DNA from: Oikopleura dioica
Taxonomy: Eukaryota > Animalia > Chordata
Reading direction: 5' to 3'
Length of the DNA: 64,000 nucleotides
NCBI GenBank assembly: GCA_907165135.1
Contig: OU015567.1
Coordinates: 12,648,001 to 12,712,000 of the forward strand
Below, piece after piece: positions 1-11,354 of the stretch (positions within the stretch are counted from its first letter, which is position 1; every line of letters starts with the position of its first letter). The notes under the pieces are model-generated. The model saw only the letters and a list, made by a program, of their open reading frames with translations. It did no database searches and was not told the DNA's origin. The position numbers were made by a program, and so were the translations under genes.

Positions 1-49
1 ATCAAAACCAATTTTGATTCGAGTATCTGCTCATGCTTCAAGCAAGAGC

Positions 50-1143
50 TCACTCACTAGCCGAAGGCAACGTAAAATTCCTCGTGACTTCACTTGGCGA
101 CGAACCTCTAAGATTCCGGCTAAAGTGGAGATTGCTTCCAGAGTTGTGACCATTAACTGTGATAACTTCGGGTTTAGGACGAGAGATAGAATTTCCTCCG
201 CGAAGTTCGAAAAGTTCATCGTACAAGGCTTCGTTGCGCAGTTTGATTCGGTGGTTGTCTTGTTCCAAGATGTCAAATTTTGCTTGAAGAATTTGAAGAT
301 CCATTGCCTTAAAAATGAATTCAAAAGGGAAGTATTTAGGGACTTCAAAGTGTCTGTAATTGAGACAGACATTTAGACGAAATGGAAATCGACCAAAAAA
401 GACCTTATGACAGATCGTTTAGAGACTTGGAGTCTCAGAAGGTCGTGTGGGTTGTATTAAGGATCCTTAACCATTGATGATTGATGTCAGACCGGGCCAT
501 AAGTCAGTGAAAGAGCGGCTCGTTAACATCAATAAGTGCATTGATAGTTACCTTTTGCTCGAGAAAGAAGAGACGAGTGTCGACGAGCGTTCGTTCTTCC
601 CTGATGTGTTCGAACTCGCGAGTCATGTTTCTTCTCTCGCTTGAGAGCTGCAAAATTGTTGAGTCCAAATCACGGATTTTGAGCGAAGAAGAGTCCACCG
701 CATTTTGAAGATTTTGAAGAATCTGACTCTAAAAAGAATTTAGAAATTAGGTCATTCGAGCATTTAGGTGTAGAGACGCGACAGGAAGCTATATCTCTTT
801 TCTAGAGCGATTACCAGCAGTAACTTAAATGATTGACAGAGGGATTTTAACACTTTATAATTGGTGACAGGAACGAGAAAGGCGCCACGTTCATTTGAAA
901 TTTATCACGTGTTTTTCCAACTAACTGGCGAAGAAAAAAGTGCGAGTGAGGAATGCGCATTCTTACTTGCTCTGACAGTTGTTTCCGAAGTTTTCTCAAT
1001 AATCGTGAAGATTTGTCCTGTTTTCCTTTGCTTTTTTCTCTTTCTTTTCTTCTACCTCTTTTCGTTTTTCTCTCAGTAAGACCAGGAATATCCGTGGCAA
1101 AAACGAGCTCTGCAATCAATAGAAAAGCTATCAACACTCTCAT
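50..1143 (-). CDS. Predicted secreted, basic, coiled-coil protein of unknown function (3 exons: 1143-967, 728-552, 307-50; about 203 aa)
   Basis: Signal-peptide-like start MRVLIAFLLIAELVFA followed by a K/R-rich stretch. GT-AG introns (GAGCAA|gtaag ... tttttag|AGTCAG and CAAAAG|gtaac ... ttaag|GCAATG) join three track ORFs in frame. Exons 2-3 are heptad-rich. Confidence 0.7.
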
Positions 1144-2188
1144 ATTTTCAGGTTTAATTATCTAGTTCACCATAAACTCAAAATGGTAATTATGTACACG
1201 TAAATGGACGATTAGGCGAGATTAAGAATCGCTTGGTACAAATCTGGAGGTAATAAAGGATAGCGAGCGACCCAAGACTCAAGTGCGACCCAAGAGTTCG
1301 GCGCTATCTGCTACCTAGTAGAGAGTGAGCGGATGAAAGAATCAATCCTGGAATTCTTATTTTAGCTTGACTAATGAATATTAACTTGATGCAATGTGTG
1401 ATAGTTTTAACACCTTCAAGTTGAGTTTTTCAATGATCCTTCTAGTACCGGTAACGGCCCTCTTATTCGTTAGTAAATGGTCGAAGCATTATGGTGTGAA
1501 CAAGATGTGATTTCAAACAAAGTCGCCGTTATTATGATGAGAAAAAAAATATATTTAACTTATCTGTTGACTAGATTTTAGTAAGTCAAGGTCAGACCTG
1601 CTCTCAATCACGATACATCTGATGAGAACTGTAGTTTAATCCCTGTCTTTCTCTGAGGCTAAAAACTCGATCGACCTTTTTCTTGACAGGATACCGGCTC
1701 GCAATCAACGCAATCGTTGAAATCATCAAGCATATCCTTCCTATTCATATAAATATTGTTTTACATTTTTATGATATTTAATTGATTCTCATCTGGTGAC
1801 GTAACTTGCTGGTCATCAAATCTACCTTTTATGAAGTCTAAAAAGAGTGGGATGGATGGATATCAAAGCAGCACTTAGCGTGATTAATCAGGCGCGTTCC
1901 ACAGGTCCGCACAGTTTTCAGACGAATAGATGAGGGTGATGGATCGGCAACTGATGGATACGGAGTTTTTCTTCTTTGGACTCGGGTCAAAACTAGCTTT
2001 CACTTCTTTTTGTACAAAATTTATTTTACAGACGTTTAAAAATGGTAAAAACTCGGGTGGTTAGAGGGCGATCCATCTGTCTCCGCAACTGTAGCTCTTA
2101 ATTCATTTTTATAAGAAAAGATTAATGAGATTAATCGTAAATGATAATTTATGGCGGATTCAAATGTCTATTCGAAGCAATCAAAAAC

Positions 2189-3403
2189 TTACTCGGTCTC
2201 TCTTTCTTTGCGAAATTCGTTGAAAGCGCCGATTTCAAAAGGCCCGTCTCGCTCGACCATTTCCCAAACATGGTGGTAGATTTTTCTGAAACTCGTTATA
2301 CACGATGTCTTATAGTGCACGAACCCATATTCTATGTCGTCCAAGAACTTTTCACTTGAAACCACATTGACAAAGAACCATTCCTTGAAAGTTTCATCTT
2401 CACTTGCCTCGAATTCTTTACCTTTCGCTTTCTAAGGAATTGTTAAAAAAGGATTGATGTTTTTCAACCTTTTTTCGCTGAATTTCTGGTAGGTTGTGTG
2501 CGTTCCACTTGAATTCGTCGAGCCTAGTCAGTTTTGTATCGTCCATTTTCGGAACTTTTATGGTTTATAAAGATGGGCTTTTCCATGTTGGAAATTTTTA
2601 AACCATCTCCCGAAAAACGTCGGCCAGGACCATCTCATCGACGAGTTGGTGTTCCGGACATGATGCCAGGTAGCAGTAATGACTCCATACGAAATGTGCT
2701 CAAGCATGTTTCCAAAGTTGACAACGAATGTATCCTTCACGGGAGGAATCGAGAACCACTCATCTTTCGACATCGCTTGAAGCCCGCCAGCATCGTCTTG
2801 CATCAAAATCGTCAGGAAACCATTATCATAGTGGCCTGGGACGCCCCATTTCTTTGGAGGAGTTCGTTCGTAGCACAGTGCGTTTTGGACTCCATGCGGC
2901 TCTAGAATCAGTAAACAAGGTTTACAGCAGCATCATGGCCTACCGACTCGATTTAACAATCTTCCCTTTTTAAGACCAAGAGCGATTTCAAAGAAAGAAA
3001 CCAGTCGTAAAGCCAGACTGGTGATTTCGCCAATATACTTGTGAAATAACGAATCAACGTATTCAATGTCAATACAAGCATCCTTCTCGACAGAGCCATT
3101 GAAAGGAGTCAAGCTGAAAGCAGAGCCGTCGTGAACTAATTTTCCTTCGTAATTTTCAAGCTCCTTTCTCTTTGAAGGCGAAAGATGGTAGAAATCAGCA
3201 GAGACTCGTTTGATCTCTTGAATCAAATTTTTGTCGACACCGTGATTGGAAATGTACAAAAATCCTGCATTCACGAGCGCTTCGTAGAGTTTCTCGACTT
3301 CTCTGGAATCATAGAGGAGTTTTTCCATATTGATAATCGGGGCAGAGAGAACTTTCTTGGCCCTAGCATTTTTAAATTTTTGTTCCGGGGTTATTTTCCC
3401 CAT
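2189..3403 (-). CDS. 2-oxoglutarate/Fe(II)-dependent dioxygenase, IPNS/DIOX_N-like (4 exons: 3403-2944, 2901-2604, 2523-2469, 2431-2189; about 351 aa)
   Basis: N-terminal APIINM...NAGFLYISNHGV (DIOX_N-like). Spliced exon 2 gives the Fe-binding HxD (PGHYDNGFLTILMQD), GGLQ, VVNFGNML, distal His (TWHHV) and RxS (RWS). All three introns are GT-AG and phases are consistent. Confidence 0.88.
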
Positions 3404-6400
3404 CTTTTCTCTTTTAGTTTTTGGGAGAGGAAATGACGGGAATAAATTGCTTTTTTGATGACGAATTTTAATAACAATAGTACTTATTGTCCTTCAAAAG
3501 CATTTTATTTACAGAGAATATTAACAAGCATTTACAGGTTTTTCAGTATTCGAGAAGAATTGCAATCGTCTCAAATCCAATCCATCTGAAAAACTGTTGC
3601 GGCCGATTGTGCCTTTTTCGGTTCTCCTTTATGATTTCCAAATTCCTTTTTAAATTTTCGCTCTTAGAGAAAAATGACTCAGATAATAACAATTTTCGAG
3701 CTTTTCGCTTATCCTACATTATTCTTCATAAAAAAGTATAAGAATAAGCATAAAAAGAGCCCGAATTTGCTTTTAACGGTTGATGTTTCTGCGGTAAAAT
3801 ATTTCATAATTGTTTCCCACGTAACTTCATGTATACCGCAAGTTTTGGGCTTCAAATGAGTTCTATCTTCGCGGTAGACCGTTCTTTCTTTTCAAAATTT
3901 GTAGGAAAAATACTTCGCAAAAGAAAAAAGTTCGTATTCCAAAAAAGAGCGGGTAAGCACAGATGCTTTTCGAATTCGTGTTTCAACCACCGCGAAAAGT
4001 CATTTTGGAAACCAGCCTGAGTACATGAACGTGAGAATCCTCTCTTTACTAGCGGTTCAGCTGCTCGTCGACACACTCGCATCCGCGGTAAAAAAAATTT
4101 TGACAGTTTTGACTGCTGAAAGTTCTCAAAAAAAATAATTGAGCGTTTCAGGGAAAGAACTTGTTCTTTTATGCTCTAAAGTAGGGCAGCTGAATCAGAA
4201 GGGATAAGGGAAAAAGCAGCTCTGGATATCCGAAAGCACGCGACGGATTAGCAACCACGTTATTCTCGTTATTATTGCAAGAACTAGAAACGTTTCTCTC
4301 GCCTCAATCGTCCAAATGTCTGACTATGCAAAAAAGAAATTCGAAGGGAAAAATGCTGTAAGTCCAGGACGAACGTGAAATGCTGCCAAAGTGAATTTGT
4401 GTTCACACAAGAAATTAACTCAATTTCTGAACACGCTCTCACGCTAGCTTTTTCTCCCTTCTCGTTCCAAGTCCCGGTTGGTTATATATTAGTATTTACT
4501 TCATTAGGCCCCCCGCGGAATCCAGTTCTTAGAAACTTATTTGTCCTAATTTCTCATTGACGGGACGAGGAAATAGAAGTATCTATTGAACGTATGTATA
4601 CCTAGAGCTTCTGACTTAGGACCTAAATAAAGACTTACCTCACTTTCGTTTATTTCTTTGGAGCGATAAGAGACTTATTTCAGAGCGAGTCCTGATTTTC
4701 TTCTTCAAAGTCGGCTTTTCCGGGCCTGAGCATTGTTTCCTGTGATAACTGATTGTAGCCATCTTATTGAGCCATTATCCATATCTTGATCCCTCCTTTG
4801 CGCAGTCGCCCGCAGCTAATCCAAAATCTGATTGTTTCTCTTCCTTTGTTCCTGACGTCCTTTTTTCTTGAGAAAATCATCAAAGTACTTTTTGTAAAAC
4901 AGAATAAATCGACTGTTTTGAAGACGAGACACAAATTTTCTTGATCTAAAAACCATAAAGCAGATTAGATTTGACTTCATTTATATTTTATAAAAATAAC
5001 GGAATCGACTGAAAATTTTTAAACGAAAATGTTTTATTGAATCTAGCCCTTACAATTTGAGTAGCTAGAATTTTCAATCAACAATGCTTATTGAACTTTT
5101 TACCGTCCCAGCTCACAGAACTGCTTTATTTTGCACGAATCAGTGTTTTGGCCACAAATCACGCCACTTAATTTTACAAATTTTATTGACGGGCCACTGT
5201 TTTGACAAGCTTGTATTTTGGGACAACGAGCTTTCAATGATATCTCGACCGTGCGAGTTATTTTCCAATTTTAGATTTCTTCAGTTTATTTAATAAGATT
5301 GACGGTTAAAAGCGACAGGTTTTAAACGTGTGTTACAAGTTGTAGTAATAGTAAGTTAATATCAGAAGAGAAATTAGTAATAAACGGAGTTTGTTCAATT
5401 GATAATAAGTAAGAGATCTTATTAGCTCGTCATTTCAAATGACTCATTTGACATAAGATACGTTTATTAGTCCCGGCAGGAGAGCCATTTGCCCCCCTTT
5501 GCGCCACGCGTCAAGTCAGTTACAGTCAGCTGGATACAGTAAAGCTGGCTTATCATCTCAGATTGAGTTCAAGCTCACCTAAAACGCGTTTAATGAATGA
5601 GCAGGACGGTGAAAGGCGACCTAAGCCAGCCCAAATTGAGTTGGCCTTTGTTCCGATAAGATCCTATATTTTACGCCACTTTGCGCGGCTAACCCTGGCC
5701 ACGAATATATTCTTGTGTTGGCTGGATTATCATTCGAATTTCGAGCATCGTGACCCGACCTCCCATGAAAACGAATAGACGAGTGTTTATTATTCTGCTA
5801 ATCGCCGCTTATTCACGTGCTTAGCATAAATTCATGAGTCTTTCAAAATATGCTCTTACGTACCAAGGCGTATAGATAAATTTAAATTCCCAAAAGCGAA
5901 TTTTGAAAGGAATCAGGTAGTTTTGACGCTCTAAGAACTCCAGATTGGGCGAAGTTTTGGGCCCTTCAAAATGAATTCCCTCTTCGACCTTTATACAAGT
6001 GTATCCTTTCATCAAAACTCTTAATATACAATTTGAAAACTCCAATTCTAGCGGTCAATCTAGCGTGTTTCCCAATTCACCACGTGGTTACGTATTTCTC
6101 CAGCGTCTGATTCGGCTTCAGTTTCAGATTTGAGTTGAGTGGATTGAGTTGATGACTGGCTATATTTTTGTTACATACGAGTTACGGAAATAGTCCTATG
6201 TAAAGATTCTTATCCGCGCATGCTAATTATCACGACCGCATAAATGGTAACTTTACGAAGCTGGCTGACCTTCTCAGGCCGATAATATCGGACTACTTCC
6301 AACACAAATTTTTCCAAAAGCCAAAAGCTGTGGCTTTTAAAAATATTCATTTTCGCACTCTCGAAAGCAGCGGGTTGATGGTTATATATTTTTATAATCC

Positions 6401-7776
6401 GGGACGGAGCGTTGTCAGCGGCGTGCTTTTGTAGCGGGATCAGAAATTATCCAAACTTTTAGAAGAATACTAAACTCAGCATTTGGCGGAAGGGGCCCTC
6501 CTCCACCTGATCCGGACTAAAACTTCCTTTCTCAATTTAATATGCGCCAGCCCAAAATTTAGAAAAAAGGGCCGTGTGCGTCGAAATTAATTATTAGGGA
6601 AGGTACATAAATAAACATACTTTCAAAGGAAAATTACTCTTGAGGCCATCTTTCTTTTACTAATAATGTGCAATGTGTTTAATAAAATTATCCGTTGTTA
6701 AAGACTCTTGTTCGTGGTTAAATCTTGATAAACATATGTTTTCTCAATTAGCCTGATTAACTTGTGATTGTTAAAAATACGCGAAGAGGGCTATAAATTG
6801 ATGAACATAATAATTGCTGTCGTCTGTCTTCAAGATAGAAATTTTAATTGTTTCACTAGAAAAAATGATTCGAGCAGCGTGAAAGAAGTTAATTTTGGAA
6901 GTGATATTCTAGTGGCGCGATTTTAGATTGGTATATTTGTGAAGATGCAGGAATCCGGATGAGAAACGTGCGCGTTTATTTTTTAACGAATTTAGATTCG
7001 CCACGGGTCAGTGGGGCAGTTTGTTTGCTCGCTTTGCTTAGATGGGCTCAGCTGGTCCCACCCTTAGGATATACAGCAGTGTTTCGGCGGGCCTGGGAGG
7101 GTTGAAGGCTGCAGTTCGGGGAAGAGGGATGAAGACGCGCTAGTGGTCGGAAAAGGGGTATTTTGGTAGGGCATCCTGCGCGTGAAGAAATATTGGTTCA
7201 GAATCGTGACTCCTTTCCGGTCAAAAATCAGGCTAGGATAATCTTTGAAGATAGTTCCCTATTTATAAAGATAATCCTAGAGAGCTCCGGGATTCGTGTC
7301 ATTGTCCCGTTTGATCCGCTAGATCCAGCCAGACTATGCATTAATAGCCAGCTAAGTTTGTCTCACGTTTGCCAAGTTGCCGAGTTTTAGGGATGTCGAT
7401 AACCTGCTCAGCCGTGCTCAGCTAAATTCGCTCTTTTTGCCGCCCCACGCGCTTTTCATCCTCTTGCGTAAGTAAATTACTGTACAAGCCCTTAGATATT
7501 CAAATATCGGGCTATTGGTATTGTTTTTGATTGTATTCTTTTTGCTCGAAAAGTATTTTTTGAAAAGTATTTACAAAACAACTTCTGCCGTCAAAAATTC
7601 AACCCCCTTCTTCAAGCGCCCTTAAATTCCCCGTTCTTGATCATTTTTAATCCAAAACATTTTTGGATTATCTCCAAGGGCCGAGCAGCGGGAGCTCGCA
7701 ACGATCAAGGCCTGTTTATTAAAATTGAAAAATCGGCATTGAAATCGCATTCCGATTCATCGCTTCCTTTCAAAGT

Positions 7777-8378
7777 GGGGGACACATGAATTGTGGCTAT
7801 TTTGCGAAATGCGTGAGTTGTGGCTCTGCATGAATTGTGGCTCTTGCGTGAACTGTGGCTCCCAAATTTAGTCAGAGTATTTTGATAAGATTCAAATATC
7901 GTTTTCAGCAGAATGACGGTTCTGTGGGGTGTGCCAATTTGATGAACTGGGCGAAAGTATCTTTTGAGCCAAATAATTAAAATTGAATTTTTATGTTCTA
8001 TTTTTTGATAAAAATAAATCAAGTCTAATTAACTAAAACAATAAATTCAGATTACAATTTATATTATTAGAAAGAGAGTGGTTTTTCTCAATTGAAGCAA
8101 GATCTTTTGAGCTCACAGAAGAGAGATCAGATTTATGTATCGAAAAAGTTTAGTAACTTTATTTAATTTTAGATAATCTTATAATTGTCGAAATTTTCAT
8201 TTTGAAACTTTATTTAGAATTTGCAGCCCCTATTTAATGTTATTCACCTCAAAATGTTATCTCAATGACATCATAAAATTCTTACTAATTTGGACAGCCA
8301 CAGTTCACGCAAGAGCCACAATTCATGCAGAGCCACAACTCACGCATTTCGCTAAACAGCCACAATTCATGTGTCCCC
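7777..8378. mobile_element. Non-autonomous foldback/MITE with about 95-bp TIRs built from ~18-bp tandem subrepeats
   Basis: Left GGGGACACATGAATTGTGGCT... is the reverse complement of right ...AGCCACAATTCATGTGTCCCC. Flanked by the direct repeat TTCAAAGT(G) at 7769 and 8379 (8- or 9-bp TSD). AT-rich non-coding interior. Confidence 0.9.
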
Positions 8379-9438
8379 TTCAAAGTGGATAATCAAAACT
8401 TCCGAATTAAAAAAAATTCGCGAAATGGAAATCCTGGATTGAGCGATGTGTTTTAACCGCTTCCGGGTTGAGAAGTGCACAACCGCCAAGCTCATTTGGC
8501 ACCTTGGGTGTTTCCGTTAGCGCTAGAAATCTGGAAATTAACGGAGTAATCGTATCAAGATGGATTTCTTTGAATTCGTTCAACTGGAGATGTTTAGGAA
8601 CAGAAAAAGAGGAGCCATAAGATGCTTTTCATCTCGATATTTATAAATTTTTCAATTTGCTCCCTGGCTGATTAATATATTTTACGTTTTGTCATCTTGT
8701 GCTTTGCGGCACCGTCAATTAAGTGCTAGAAATAAATAACCGCTCCCTCTCAGAAGAGAACACAAACATAAATTCGTCAGTTAAAAACGAAATTCACTCT
8801 TCGCTTGAAACGCATTTTGCCAACAAGTACTGTCGACTCGCCTCTCTGTTTAGTACACTAATTTCACATGCGTTCTTTCACTTTCCACGCTCCCAACTTT
8901 CACCGCACTCGCTCAAATACTACTCGATCCATTACAATAAATTTTCATCCGATTTATATCCGATTTGCGGTCGCCGTTTCCGTGACGATGAACCGTAACT
9001 TGTCCATCAAATTTTCAAAAAGTTCAAAGGAGCCATTCCGCCGGGAGCATTTCCAACTGCTTTCGTAATTTTCGCCACTCGCCGGAAGCTATTTGGGACG
9101 GGCTGATAAATATTTATCGACCGTGGCCGTGAAAGTACAAAAAAGAGCTGTTTGAGAAGCATTGTCACCGGCCTAACAGTGCGACATTTGGGCACACAAC
9201 ACACTTTAGCTAATTAGTAGCTCAAGAAAGACAAGGCAGATCTTCTCGTTATTGGACAATGGACGGGCAAACTACTTGAAAGTCCCGTCTTTGAAGAGTT
9301 GGTTTTTTCTTCGAGGAAGGAAGTGAAGAGTTTGCCCTCGATTATAACCATGATAAGTTACAGTAAGGTGTTTCTGTGCTAATAGCAGCGCTTTTGATCG
9401 TGTTTGTCGAGGAATTATAGTCTGAAAGAACATTTTTA

Positions 9439-10203
9439 GGGCTATAACCTCTCTTTTGGCCTCTCTGGAAAACGGACTTCCCTTGGTCGATTTCAAAAAT
9501 TTAAAAGGCAAATATACTTGTTTTCTCCTAAAAAATTCAAAAATGATATCAAAAAATACTTTTCTTCCGTAAATTTTTATTCTAGAATCATTCAAAAATC
9601 GCCATTCGGTTTTCCAAGAAAACTGGAAGCTCTGAGGTAAAATTAATCCGATTATAATATTAAGTAGAGCATATTCTATGATCCCTATGGAAAAAATATC
9701 AAGAAATTGTCTAAATTATGATTATAGTTCTCTCTTCTTTTAAATCTCTTTTGTTTATAGACGGACGCTTGAGATCCACGCGGCCAATCAGAGCGCGATC
9801 AATCGCTTGACTCACACGCTCGCCAACAGCGCTCTCTTTTTGGCCTGGAGGATAGCACTCCGCGCAGCGCGTCTACGCGCATTTTTATCCTCAGGTGCCT
9901 GCACTAACATGGCGCTAGAATGAAAATTTTAACAGATATCGAAGATTTTTTCCATAGGGATTGTAGAGAAGGCTTTAATTTATTAATTGATCGAAAAAAA
10001 TCTACCTCTGTAATGGTAAAATTCTTCGGAAAACCGAATGGCGTTTTTTAAATGATTGTAAAGTCGAAATTTCGAAAGAAAATATAATTTTTGATGGCAT
10101 TTCTGAAATCTACGATAGATTTTGAGTATATGAGCCTTTTAAATTTTTGAAATCGACCAAGGGAAGTCCGTTTTCCAGAGAGGCCAAAAGAGAGGTTATG
10201 GCC
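9439..10203. mobile_element. MITE with about 270-bp imperfect TIRs, probably PIF/Harbinger (Tourist-like)
   Basis: ATAACCTCTCTTTTGGCCTCTCTGGAAAACGGACTTCCCTTGGTCGATTTCAAAAATTTAAAAGGC at 9444 is inverted at about 10134-10199, and homology continues inward. TTA flanks both ends (9436-9438, 10204-10206). Confidence 0.85.
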
Positions 10204-11354
10204 TTAAGATATTTTTGGTGATCAACTACAGATTTGCATGATTCTCAGTCTAACGAAAAATGATTTACAGCTGATATCACGGTGGTGAGCAGTGAATTTT
10301 ATAAACCCATAATTATTTTGACCACATTAAGGTTTTTAAATAAAGAGAGAAAATATTCTAGAGTTTTTCAAGAGCTACTGATAAGAAAAGTCGGTACCGG
10401 GCGAATCTTGCATTTCAGTCCCCTGCAGGTCTCAAAATCCAACATTGTCCCCTGTCGATCATCATCAAGGTCGGCTCGCCGTGGGTCCATCATTCTTCCC
10501 CATTGACAAGGAATAAAAGCCACTCCGACTTTTTAATTATTTTTAGCTTCTGTCGCCTGTTTCTAATTTTGGAACAATCAGCGGAAAATTTATGGATGGC
10601 GAAATTCCTGAAGAGCTATTTTGGATGAAAAGGCAGTGCCGAAAAGTTTGCGTCTCGAAGATGGAAAGATGGAATTAGAGTTGGTTTTTAGTAGGCTCAG
10701 TACTCGTCGCTAGCAGTGTTAAACATGACCCTTCTGCCCACAGTTAACTTTCAACACGCTCGAAGAAACTTTCCTCTTCCAGAATATTTTGAAAATACAT
10801 TCGATTAACTTCTCAATACACGGGCGCGCAACTAAGCGCTCAAAACACGGGGTCGGGTGAGGGGACCACAATGCATTATTCAGCCCCGCGCGGCGCGCAA
10901 AATTCGGATTGTCAGAAAGAGCGCTCAAGACTTTTAGCTCTAACTTGCGTTTGCGGCGGGTAAAAAGGTAACAATTCATATCGCTGGAAAGCTTGAACAC
11001 TCACCTATCAGGATTAACAATTAATTTTGAAAGACACTTTCTGGATTTGCAGCTGTAGAATGAAAGATGAATCCGGTGCAAAACGCCACCACTTTTGAGA
11101 AAACATCCAAAATTTCACAAAGTGTTTCGTTTTAGTCATCTTAGCTCACATTACAAAAATCAGGTCAAACGGATTATCACAAGAGAAATAACGGCGGCTC
11201 AAAGTCGCCGTGGTCGGTTGAACCGACCACGTGTATTGAGAAGTTAAGTTCACCTGGGCAACCTTTTTCACATTGCGCTTTGAACCGAAAATTTTTCAGC
11301 TTTGCCTCAGCAAATATTGAGCATAAAAGACAACAGTCAATTAGTCAATTTGAT

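Noticed and set aside
858-890. TTGGTGACAG, similar to the PBS of the LTR element
   Set aside because: No adjacent LTR or retroelement ORF. It lies in an intron of the minus-strand secreted-protein gene.
4026-4088. Signal-peptide-like exon MNVRILSLLAVQLLVDTLASA followed by a GT donor
   Set aside because: I could not find convincing downstream exons, so no gene model can be supported.
9007-9204. ORF starting MCCVPKC, resembling a THAP domain start
   Set aside because: The remaining THAP residues (conserved Trp, CxxH, Phe) are absent, and the start codon is non-ATG.
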